A stretch of 64,000 nt of DNA from Azolla caroliniana (lineage: Eukaryota > Plantae > Polypodiophyta), in contig JBHGNT010000011.1 of the NCBI GenBank assembly GCA_043228905.1, positions 5,022,001 through 5,086,000 on the forward strand, written 5' to 3'. Shown in pieces: positions 52,387 through 64,000 of this stretch. Below the pieces are notes generated by a model that searched no databases, was not told where the DNA came from, and saw only the letters and a program-made list of their open reading frames with translations. The position numbers and the translations under genes were made by a program. Positions within the stretch are counted from its first letter, which is position 1. Each line of letters starts with the position of its first letter.

Positions 52387-52442
<56 letters not shown>

Positions 52443-55400
52443 CAGAAGAGAATAACAGGTTTCCATTAGAGCTTCAACTAAGTTCTCTTGCTTCTTACTT
52501 GCATAGTTTACGCATTCTGCTTCTCTATCTTGTACATGTTGTTTCCTTAGCATCACCTTGTAGGTTCTCACATATTCTTCCACTTATTATCTTCAACATT
52601 TGGTATTAGTGTGACCTTGCTGTTCGGCAGCAACGAACAACACAAAGCTTAGAAAAGAACTTGACCAACTGAAAGAAAAAGACCAAGCCAACAACATCTA
52701 CTTTGAAGAAACATGGTGACACAGTCCGGCAGTACTGTGGAAATCTAGAAGTTAGACGGAAAGAACTTCACCTCGTGGAAGGACATGATGCAAGATGTGG
52801 TGATTATCTGGTGACAAATAGAATCCATTCGACACAACACTTGACCTGCTTCAATGTCAATCGAAGATTGGAGATCTTTGGACAAAATCACCAAATCTAC
52901 CATTTGAATGCACGTGGCTGAAAATGTCTATTTCATCCTGGCTTAGCATTCTTTTTGTAGGAGAAACTTCAAGTCGTGTACGAGAGAAAATCCTCCACGT
53001 CGAAATTGACATTGAACCAACAGTTGCTCAATATGACGATGAGAGTGACGGATCCATTGACTTCCTACATCAACACCTTTAGTTGGGTGTTGTCTGAACT
53101 CTCCTCCCAAGGGATCAACCTCGAAGAAGAAGTAAAATCCTGTTGAGAAATAGTGCAGAATATCGCTCGGCCACAACCGAGTCTTGAATCACAAAAATGG
53201 GAAAGAACAAGAGAGTACACCGAAATGACACAGGATGTTTATGTGGAAAACCCAAATAGGGAAAAACCACGAGAGCCCACAAACTCCAACTATCACTATG
53301 GGAGGAAGATACAATCAGAGCCTCAGAGGCAACGACCTCAAGCTTTGTATCTTTGCCAACCGGCGGTTACAACAGAGTATCTCTCTGTATCTCACACTCT
53401 CTCCTTCTGTCACTCTTTATACAAGAATATGACAATAACAACCTTATACAAAGTGATTTCCCTAAGTCATATTTATACTTATATGAACTTAGGGCTATTT
53501 ACGAATATAGCCCCAATAGGCTTACTCAAAACATATTTACAGATATGTCTTCTCTTCCGGTTCTCACCGGCTCTCCTCCTGTTTCCGGATCTCTTCCGGT
53601 TTAGGGTTTAGGGATCCCATTCGAAGAGACCGATTTCCCAACAATCTCCCCCTTCACTCCAGCATGGGATATCTTGTCAGCCCGATCCGCTTTTGGCACG
53701 CGTCCAGCTTGTCGGTTGTCAAGGCCTTGGTCAGCATGTCTGACCCGTTCTCCTCCGTGTGGATCTTCGTCAGCACGAACTCTTGATATTCTACTCTCTC
53801 CCGGATCTAGTGGTACCTCCGCTGGATATGTTTCGTCCGGGAATGGTAGGCCACGTTCTTTGCAAGGTGGATGACACTTTGACTATCGCAGTAGAGCCGG
53901 TATTCCTCCTATTGGATCCCTAGCTCTCCCATGAAGTCCTTCATCCAGATTATCTCCTTACTGGCTTCTATAGCTGCCATGTACTCCGCCTCTGTGGTTG
54001 TCAATAGCATCTGAATCTTTCCTTGGTCTCGTCCAACGATCAACATATCATCCACATATAGGAGGAGTATCAGGAAATCTCCTCCATCAAATTTCTTCAC
54101 AAACACGCAGTCATCGGTCTGTGTCTTGTGGTACCCTTGGTCGGTCATGAAGGAGTCGAACTTCCGGTACCATTGCTGGGAAGCTTGCTTCAATCCGTAT
54201 AGGCTCTTCTTCACCCGGCACACTAGGTGCTCGTTCCCTTTCCTCTCAAATCCTTCTGGTTGATGCATGTAGATCCCTTCTTTGAGGTCGCCATGTAGGA
54301 ATGTCGTTGTGACGTCTAGTTGCTCTACCTCGAGGTCCATGCTTGCCGCTATGCCCAATACCGTCCGGATGGATGTCATCTTTACTACCGGAGCAAAGAT
54401 GTCATCGAAGTCCACTCCTTTCTTCTACTGGAAGCCCTACACCACGATTCGGGCCTTATACCTGGGTGGATTTCTGGCATCTCCCAGTTTTAGCTTGTAC
54501 ACCCACTTATTTCCGAGTGCTCTCTTCCCTTTCGGCAACTCCATTAAATCATATGTGTGGTTCTCATGTAGGGAATCCATCTCATCCTGGATGGCACTCA
54601 ATCACTTGCGGTTGTGGGTGTCTCTCTTTGCTTCTTCGAAGCTTTCCGGCTCCCCCTCATCGGTTAGGAAGACATGCTCTGCATCCGGAAATCTCTGGGG
54701 TGCTCTTCTCTCTCGGAAAGGATATCTCTATCCCTGGTTTCTAACTGTCGGTTCCTCCGTTTGTTCCTCATCCGAATCCGATTTGGGATCTTGTCCGGTT
54801 CCAGTGTCTTCTTCTTCTTCTTCTGTCGGTTCGGTTTCTTCTCCATATCCAGCCGGTTCGTCGAGTGTCATCCGGTTACCAGCTAACATCCGGTTTTCAA
54901 CCAGGTAGGTCCTTGTGTCCTTTGGCCGGTTTTAATTAGATGATCCGGAGTTGATCATCTTCTTCTCCGACTCCCAGTCGACAATGGTCCTGTCTTCCAT
55001 GAACACTATATCCCAACTCCGGAACACCTTCTTGTCAACAAGATCTCACACCCAGTAACCGAACTCATCGATGCCAAATCCAAGGAATATGCATGGTTGG
55101 GACTTTGGATCTAGCTTTGCTCTCTTGTCCTTCACCACATGCACGTATGCGAGACACCCGAACACCTTCAAGTGCCGGTAAGATACATCTTTGTCGGTCC
55201 ATAATTTCTCTGGTGAGTTTCCTCCCAAGGGTATTGAGGGTGATCTGTTTGTCACGTAGGTCGTCATCGTCAGCGCCTAGTCCAAAACTTCTTGGGTAAC
55301 TTGGCATGTGCAAGCATGCTCCGGACTCTCTCCATTATGGTCCGGTTCATCCTTTCAGCCAGCCCGTTTAATTCTGGCGTCTTCGGCACGGTGAATTCGA

Positions 55401-56677
55401 GCCGGATTACCTTCGACCGGTAGTACTCCTCGAACTGCCCCCGGTATTCTCCTCCGTTATCTGTTCGAACCACCTTTAGCTTCCAGCCGGTTTTTCTTTG
55501 CACTCTCGCGTGGAGCTCCTTGAAGATGGATAGTACCTGATCCTTCGTCTTCAACAGTGCAACCCACAACTTCCGGCTATGGTCATCTATGAACGTCACG
55601 AAGTACTGCGATCCAGCATGTGGCTTCGTGTCCACTTGACACACATTGGAATGCACCAGCTCCAGTGGTGCATTACGTCTCATCGATGGCCTTGAGCGGA
55701 AGGAGGTCCGGTTTTGCTTATTGGCCAGGTAGTCGGTGCACTTCTCAAGATGCACGTCCTTCACCGGAATGAGGTTGTCTTTGGCAACCCTCCTTATCCC
55801 CTTCTCACTCATGTGACACAGTCTCTTGTGCCACAGCTCACTGGCAATGTCGGAAGCAACGTTCACTCCTTCCCGGCATATCCAGGCATGCATGAAGTAC
55901 AGTGTGTTGACCTTCCAGGATCGAGCCACTATTAGACTCCCTTTGCTGAACTTCATGACTTTGTTCCAGATGCTAGCCATGTAGCCTTCATCATCTAGCC
56001 GACCAGCTGATATCAGGTTCAGTCGAACCTCCGGAATGTGTCGGACATCCTTCAGCAGCAAATTGCATCTAGTTGATGTCATCAAAAACACATCTCTTAT
56101 GCCAACAATTCGGCATGTACCTTCATTCCCCATCTGGACACAACCATGATCACCAGCTGTGTAGGATGAGAAGCATTTCCGTTCCGGTGTCAACTGGAAC
56201 GACGCTCCGGAATCGACAACCCACGTTGTCTCGTCGCCGACAAGCTTTAACTCATTCTCTTCTGTAATGAGCATCAGTTCTTCTTCACTTGTCGCGATCG
56301 CCGACATTCCTTTCTAATCCGGTCCTCTCCGGTCCGAACTCTTCTTCGAATCGGTAGTGCCAGTTTCCTTCTCCTTCTGGAAATGCCGGCAGTTCTTCTT
56401 GAAGTGTCCCGGCTTCCTACAATAGAAGCACGTGGGCCTCCCCCTTGACTTCGACCTCGTCCTCGATTTGTCCCGGTTTTGGGGACTCTGATACCCGCCT
56501 CTTCCCCGGTTGTGGTCATCTTCCATGACCAAGGCTTTTGGATCGGTTCCGGACTCCTAGTCCTTCCGGCGAGCTTCTTCATTTAGGAGGCTTGATTTTA
56601 CCCTTTCTAAAGACAACTATTTTCCTTCCATCCTGGCGTTGCCCAACATGACAACAGATGTCTCCCAGCTATCCGGG

Positions 56678-57104
56678 TGTCACGGACACACCAAGCGTGG
56701 ACTAAGACGGAGCACGCATGACGAGGCTACGACGGAGCGATGACGGAATGACACAAGAGCATAAAGATAGATATGAAGATCATGGAGACAAGATTGGGCG
56801 AAATGAGAATACTAGATTGATATGTCCATGACTGGCGTTGTTCACCTTCAATTCCTTCAAGGTGAACTCAACTATTTATACTAAGTGGCATGCATACCTG
56901 TTGCACGCATGTGATACAATAGAGCATGTAGGCAATAGGTACGCATGCATGTGCCAAGTGTAAATACTACAACGGAGAAATTATGCACATGATGCTAGCT
57001 AAAACCCACAATGAGGAAGTGTATACATGATTATATGCTAGATGCGTGGTTAATACATAACATTGTTTTATAACATGGTCATGTCAAGAGTTCGAATCTT
57101 GACA
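56678..57104 (-). mobile_element. Solo LTR of an unrelated family, 427 bp, TSD CCGGG
   Basis: TGTCA..TGACA ends; CCGGG at 56673-56677 and 57105-57109. Interrupts gag SLP|DSW. TATAAATA on the minus strand at ~56875. Confidence 0.9.
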
Positions 57105-57833
57105 CCGGGAGGGAACCGAGCAGGATCAATGCTAGTACCTCATCGGTAATAGATACTTCCAACGAGGTTGCTTGATGTATTAGCCCCTGGAAGGCATTCA
57201 TGTGCTCCACCATGCTGGAGTTGTCTTGGTACCGGAGCCTCACTAGTTTCCGTAATACCAAAACCCCGGTTAATGGCATTCTTGTTCTGGAACATGAAGC
57301 CGATCTTCTCCCAGAGTTCATGAGCCTTACTTTCTTCGTTGAAGTTGTTGTACAAGCTCATGTTGATGAAGCACCCGATGTATAGCGTCATCTTCATGTG
57401 CATCACCTCCCACACTATGGCATCGATCTTATCCGGTCTCTTGTCCCCGAACTAAACCGGCAACCAAAGATCTTTGACCACCAGCATATCCCTCATCTTC
57501 GACTTCTACACTAACTAGTTGGAGCCGGTGAGCTTGAACAGGACGCCGAACGATTCTTCCATTTTCTGTGTTGTTCGCTCTGATACTAGCTTGTTCAGAA
57601 ATAGTGCGGAATATCACTCGGCCACAACTGAGTCTTGAATCACAGAAATGGGAAAGAATGAGAGAGTACACCGAAATGACACAGGATATTTACGTGGAAA
57701 ACCCAAATAGGGAAAAACCACGGGAGCCCACAGACTCCAACTATCACTATCAGAGGAAGCTACAATTAGAGCCTCGGAGGCAATGACCTTGAGCTCTGTA
57801 TCTTCGCCAACCGGCAGTTACAACAGAGTATCT

Positions 57834-60800
57834 TCTTGTCCGTCGGAATAGTAACTGACGGACAGGAGCCCAAAAATAAAGAATATAGTAAATTTGTAAC
57901 GCATGTAAACGGTTCGCGCAGGAAGCGTGAACGGCTAAAAAGACCCTATGTATATAAAGGGCAGAAATTCTCTGATAGAGGTAGCGTGTAATTTTGAATG
58001 TAAAAGGCGCATCTTAATAGAGTTCTATCTTCTCTGATTCCTGTGCATATCTGTGGTTAATCTATTGTGTGTCTGTGATTCTTGGTGGCGTAGCGTAGTC
58101 GTAAGAGTGTAGGTGTAAGTAATAGTGTGGTTTCTAGTCCACTGTCTAAGGAGTTCGGTTGTAGCCGTCTCCCTTATACGCTACTAGGATACGGGAGGTA
58201 TCCCACTAAGTATTATGCTACAACGATACCATTCGTTGCAACACAGTCACTTTGAGGTCTAGGTCAAAGGATTGACCGTAGACCATGTTCCTAATCGGTA
58301 ACACTTTTGGCACGATGAGCCATCGACGCAAGGCGGCAGAGATGGGTATCGACATAGTTGGGTTAGGCACCTCCACACCCTGACGCCATGGACATCACTA
58401 GGAAGCTCAACATCGACACGGTCACCAACACATCCATCCGGAAAAAGCTTGACCTGTCATCTCTAGGTGAAAGGCATTTCGAAATCCCTCCTGTGGAAAC
58501 TTTACAGAGATATTTCGGGCCTTATTCGGCGTCCACCAAGGCATATAGAACGAAGGAAATCCCCGACCCCTTTTTCGAGAAATAGCCAAGTTCTTGTTGG
58601 AAGTTGGATGCGTATATATAAACGCATATGGGATGCCCAAGCCGATGGCAGGTATCATCATTGATACCTTTGAAGGCCGCACGGTCGATTGGGGGGTCAT
58701 TATGGGACCAGCATTACGGGAAGGCTTGCACGCGTATCAAGGAGGAAAAAAGCTAAGGCCTATAATAGGCCACCAAAGAGTCGGAGGATTAACCCCAGCC
58801 CGACACGCAGCCAACACAGGAAGAGCGGGCGGAGCACAGCGAGAAAGTTGCGTGGAAGCCAAAAGCTGAGACACGTCAAGGAAGCCTGCGGCCGAAATGG
58901 AGGTGGCTGGACAAGAAGGATGGGCGCAGGTTAGTTAAAGACACCCTCGCGGCCACGGAGACGACGACCGTGGTCAACAGTTCCGTAGCTACGGAGCCCA
59001 ACACCACCTTCAAAATAATACGGGAACCACGACCGATCATTACGACCCAGTCACAGCGAGGGAAAGGCGTATTGACGGCGGAAAGTGAGGTCCTTGCGTA
59101 TCCAGACATTCCAAACACGGCTCATGAGTTCGGCGCACTATTACAATTCAGAACCACTTTTGAACTCATGGAATTTTTGGCAACGCAACAAATAAAGGTC
59201 TCACAATGAATGGCCAAGGAGCACGCAGAGCGCCAAATGATGAAGCGCGCGCTACCACAAACAGAGGAAAGCGACGATGAGGATCAGTTAGCCAGAGTCG
59301 GCAGACAGAGGAACCCCGGTATATGCCAAATGGGGATGGAACTACCCCCATTAAACGCAGCCCTTGTCGAAGTGCATAGGGAACTGGCAAAGGTCAGTAT
59401 GGGCGCCAAAGATATGGCGATTAAAAGTAAAAATGTCTGGAAAACGGTTAAACTGACCCAAGCCGAGCTACAAAAGGCCAATGAACGCATCGTGGAGTTG
59501 GAAAGTAATGCGACTACGACGCAGCAGGCAGCTCCAGCAAGACCCAAGGCCATCGAAGCCCTGAGGGAAGAAATGGAAGCCCAGAACGCCATTGCCTCGA
59601 AAGCGAAACGGGCCGTGCAACTGGCGGAATCAGAGATTGACCGTCTTCGTGCCGAACTTCGCCAGTCCTCGGACAGAGAAAAGGACATCTGGGCCAATGA
59701 CCGAAAGGCAGTGAAGACCCTTGAAGAGAAACTCACAACGGAAGTAGCATAGCACACCCGGACGAAAGAAGAAAACGCCCAATTATGGGAGGAAGCGAAA
59801 AAATCGGAAGTGGCAATCGCGGGATTCCGGGCCTTATTGGAAAAGAAGAAAGCATGGTTCGACGAGCAGCATGTAAGGGAATAGGAGAGAAGGCATCAGC
59901 TCGAAATCTGTCTGAACAATGAAATGGGCAAGCTGGAGGAATTACATTCGAAGGAATCTTAGCTATGGGCAGGAATGAGGAGCACTTATGAGGAAGCGGC
60001 GGCGGTTAACAAATAAGAAATTGACAACCTCAGGAAGACCGTAGAAGAAGCATGCAACCGTTGCCAAGCAATAACCGACAACGTGCACATACTTCTTCAA
60101 ACGCATCGGGAGAGGATTACGGCGCAATCAAAAGCGGCGCTTGATAAAGGTTGGATGGCGTTGCCCGCACAAGCGGCAAAGTTGCATACATACCGAGCAG
60201 ACTGGGAGAACCAAAGGAAAGACGGTCGCGGGTTCTACAAGCTCAATGAGGAAAGAATTGCGGCAGTACGCGAGGACCTAGCGCAGGATTATCGCGCGCT
60301 AGCGGACCAACACTCCGAGGAACTCGTGCAACTACAAGACAATTTTGGTGAAAGTCAGGAGGACCTGTTTCACCAAATCACGCAAGCCGGCAGCACGCGA
60401 ACAAACGAGGAATCCATCGTGATACCAATTCCGGATACTACCGAACCAGAGGAACCTCAACCCATGTCCCCAGAAAGAATCACTATGATGCACAGCACGG
60501 AACGGGAAGCGGAGCTCCCCGCGATACAAGAAAGCGAAACTATCGATCAAGAGGAACCCCAGCCTCACTCACCAAAGCGCACGACTACGGCCGACAACAC
60601 AAAGGAGGTTCCGAACGAGACAGAACCCCGACCTACCGCGAGCCCGCCAATGACGAAACCGGTCACCATAGCACACGATGAGCCAACAGATCCCGGACCG
60701 CCCACACAAGAAGCCAACGACACCATAGGCAACCCTCACGAGCAGGTAGTGGAACCACGCACCAACGCGCCTACAGACAGCGGAGCAAAACCAAACATCC

Positions 60801-61340
60801 GGGCAATTTTGGAGGAAGATTAAAGGGGTGGGTCCGATGTGCCATGGCACTGTCCCACAGGCGTGCCAGGTGTTGTCCGCCGGAATAGTAACCAATGGAC
60901 AGGAGCGCAGAAATATAGAATATAATAAAATTGTAACGCATGTAAACGGTTCACGCGGGAATCGTGAACGACTAAAAAGACCCTATGTATATAAAGGGCA
61001 GAAATCCTTTGATAGAGGTAGCGTGTAATTTTGAATGTAAAAGGCACATCTTAATAGAGTTCTATCTTCTCCGATCCCTGTGCGTATCTGTGGTTAATCT
61101 ATTATGTGTCTGTGATTCTTGGTGGCGTAGCATAGTCGTAAGAGTGTAGGTGTAAGTAATAGTGTGGTTTCTAGTCCACTGTCTAAGGAGTTCGATTGTA
61201 GCCATCTCCCTTATACGCTACTAGGATACGGGAGGTATCCCACTAAGTATTACGCTACAACAATACCTTTCGTTGCAACACAGTCACTTTGAGGTCTAGG
61301 TCGAAGGACTGATCGTAGACCGTGTTCCTAATCTGTAACA
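57834..61340 (+). mobile_element. 3.5-kb non-autonomous LTR element lacking gag/pol, TSD TATCT
   Basis: Direct repeats 57834-58303 and 60871-61340 (470 bp each, about 32 substitutions counted by eye, no indels). TATCT at 57829-57833 and 61341-61345. TATATAAAG at ~57951. Confidence 0.92.
58388..60823 (+). pseudogene. ~800-codon orphan protein: globular N-domain, long coiled coil, conserved KDGxxFYKL block, Pro/Thr/Glu-rich tail
   Basis: ORF pieces 58388, 58594, 58970, 59210 and 60083 are mostly in one frame, separated by stops and two frameshifts. No gag, PR, RT or INT motifs. Confidence 0.8.
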
Positions 61341-64000
61341 TATCTCTCTGTATCTCACACTCTCTCCCTTTGTCGCTCTCTATACAACAATATTACAATA
61401 ACAACCTTATACAAAGTGAATGCCCTAAGTCATATTTATACTTATATGAACTTAGGGCTATTTACAAGCATAGCCTCAATAGGCTTACTCAAAACATATT
61501 TACAGATATGTCTTCTCTTGCGGTTCTCACCTTGATTCATCACCGGATCCCATCTGGAGAGACCAATTTCCCAACAAATCCCTTGCCCTCCATTCAAGCT
61601 TGCCGGCAAGTTGGAAGGTATTCTACATGACATTCGCCAATAGTTGTCCAAATCTCAACTTGGAGGAGACAATCGGACAAGTTGTCATTGAGGACATTTA
61701 GCGAAAATCGGTGGATCTCACCATTGATGAATCGGTAGAAGCCCGCCACTCAGCTGAGTTGATCAGACAAACCAGTCGATTGAGAGATCAAGTTGAAAGA
61801 ATCGGCTGAAGCACCAGTCGGCCAAGAAGGAGGAACAATTGCCAAAGGTCAAAATCAAGAATTAGTTGGTCGAATGCCTTTTGCACACATTGCAAAAAGG
61901 CCGACCACAATATTTCCAACTACTAGTTGAAGAAAAAGGAGAATGGTCAGCCACTTAATCGACACCCAGAATATGCAGAATTCAGACATTCTCCAGTCGG
62001 CAACCAAGTCAATGTTGTCGACATTTGATCGGGAGAAATTCTATCATTGGAGTACTCTACAAGTGGAGAAGTCTTATACAGTGTGCATGATGCACAAATG
62101 TAGTTACGAGCATCCAATGTCACTTTTCACGTAACCCTCGATACCGAATGGTTTTGAACTACTCGTCCAAAGCTAGTGGCACAATCAGACTCGGAAATGT
62201 GCAAGAGTGCATAACCGCAAGGATTAGTGAGGTCCCATTCAAATGTAGGATGGCAATTCAATCACCCTACATTGATTCTAACACGTACTCGAGCTGAAGA
62301 GGAGTCTAGTCTCCATCGGCATGCTAGCCAAAGCCGGGTATCAAACGACTCTAAGTGAGTCATCATGGACGATCAACTGAGGGAACATGAAAATCAGTTG
62401 TGGATACAAGTAGAATAACTTGTATCTGCTGATGGAGATCAGTCCAAAAGGGGTCATGAATGTCGCCGATTTGTCTGAGTCGAACTTATGCCATGGACGA
62501 CTCGGCCATATGTCTAAAGGTGGACTAGATCGGTTGATGGCAAACGGCTACATCCTGAAACTGCAGGCGAAGACTTGAAGTCCACACTCTCTCAAATATG
62601 AGACAATACAACATCCTCTAGAGGTTGTACACACTAATATCTGCGGACCAATACCCAAACGGTCTCTAGGCGGCACTTGATACTTGATAACATTCCTAGA
62701 TGATTGTACTCGGAAAATTTGGGCCTATTCAATTAGGTCAAAAGATGAGGTGTTCACGGTCTTCACTCTGTGGCTAGCCAAAGTGGAGAACCGAACTAGA
62801 TACGAAGTGAAGACACTTTGATCCAGCAATGGAGGCAAATAAACATCCCAAGAGTTCAAACAATACCTGTCCAAAAAAGGAATCCGGCATAAGAGAACTG
62901 TTCCATACTCTCCCATGTAGAACGGCGTGGTGGAATGCAAGAATTGGACAATCCAAGAGAGAGTGATGGCAATGCTCTAGCCGAACCCAAGCTGGAGTTC
63001 TGGGCCGAGGCACTATAGATGGTCGTCTACTTAATAAACCTATTGTCTTCGAGAGCAGTGTGGCTCGAAGTGCCACAGGCACTATGGTATGGAAAATAGC
63101 CAACCTACGATAGGCTTCGTATATTCGGATGTGAAGCCTACACCTTCATGCCCTAGGACAAGAGACCCAAGCTAGTGCCCCATGCACTTAAGTGTATATT
63201 TCTCGGTTATGGACTGATGGGGAATTCGGGAACATGCTATGGGATCTGGAGAACCGGAAATTGATCTGGAGTAGTGACATGGTCTTCAATGAGGACACTA
63301 TCCTCTCCACCCGATCCCAATCGAGAATTGGCGAAAATGTCACCTTTGATCTTTCCAAAAAAGAATTGGAATTGGAAAAGGATGAATCGTTCGACCAAGG
63401 CAAAGCTGAAAAGGGTAGAGTCGAAACAGATAGAGTCAAATTGACCAAATCGCTCAAACAAGCTAAGATGCCAAAAAGTCAGGCCAAACCAGCCAAGGCT
63501 CCAACCCCTCTATGAATCGATCCTGAAGAAGGGGAGGATGATTCGATATCACCGAAATCTTATTGCAAGGGTGAGTCATCCAAAAGGACTCTTGAAGATG
63601 GTTCAACTAATGCAAATTGGACACTAGAGCAAATTGAAGAATCCAAACCAAAAAACTTGGCACCAAGGAGATCCAAATGAGTCAGACGGTCGATAGAGTT
63701 TTATCAACCAAGGCTTGACTACATCAACTACACGGATGTCGGCGAACCCAAGTCGTACTACGAAATTGTAATCGCACCGGATACTAACACATGGCTCGAA
63801 GCCATGAGATTGGAGATGGACTCTCGATACATGTGAATCAGACATGGGAGCTGGTGGAATTACCAGCAGACAAGAAGCCGTTACCTTGTAAATGGGTCTA
63901 TCGATACACTAGTATGTGTCAAGTTCTGACCGACCCAAGTACAAATCTCAAGTCGTCGCCAAAGGTTTCAAACAAGAATATGGAGTCGACTATGATGGGA

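Larger units (their letters stand above)
53141..61576 (-). mobile_element. Full-structure copia family A element, TSD AATCC, with two nested insertions
   Basis: TSD 53136-53140 and 61577-61581. 3' LTR 53141-53643, PPT 53644-53656, PBS-like CTAGTATCAGAGC at 57590-57577, 5' LTR 57592-57833 + 61341-61576. PR-INT ORF 56307-55270; RT ORF 54415-53909 with an internal deletion. Confidence 0.93.
51351..64000 (+). mobile_element. Copia family C element hosting nested insertions, runs off window end
   Basis: LTR 51351-52598 (split by a LINE fragment), PBS-like TGGTATTAGT at ~52601. gag 52700-53140 resumes at 61582 (ALHSSLPASW); INT 62600-63300; RT start at ~63830. Confidence 0.85.

Noticed and set aside
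53153-53611. Recurrent ORFs with MENP..EKPREPTNSNYHY (also 10447, 12877, 33386, 48370, 57568)
   Set aside because: They recur only because they lie in copies of the family A LTR; frames and lengths are not conserved.
53600-53613. TTTAGGG x2 telomere-like motif
   Set aside because: Only two units inside an LTR; too short to call an interstitial telomere.
57082-57104. Possible tRNA or SINE from GTTCGAATC
   Set aside because: No A-box or cloverleaf; it lies at the end of a TSD-bounded solo LTR.

Overview
Eukaryotic, gene-poor, transposon-saturated DNA from a land plant. A fern or other non-seed plant is inferred from the copia gag type and the pervasive CG/CHG C>T decay. Most of the window is nested, degenerate Ty1/copia LTR retrotransposons of three families (called A, B and C here), many with recoverable 5-bp TSDs. 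It also holds solo LTRs, a gypsy gag remnant, two LINE fragments and a hAT MITE. The non-routine parts are: (1) an intron-containing pseudogene at 18.4-20.7 kb encoding a ParB/Srx-like domain fused to a bacterial/phage-type beta-class N4/N6 DNA methyltransferase, head-to-head with a Sola1-like transposase across an array of inverted motifs; (2) an orphan coiled-coil gene family carried once between 470-bp LTRs with no gag/pol and PBS-like motifs at both inner ends (57.8-61.3 kb), and once between ~100-bp terminal inverted repeats (25.1-27.3 kb); (3) a nearly intact three-exon Sola2-like transposase with a 146-bp satellite in its intron, beside a probable captured URB2 fragment. No intact host gene, RNA gene or CRISPR array is seen. 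All family assignments are motif recognition by eye; no searches were run.
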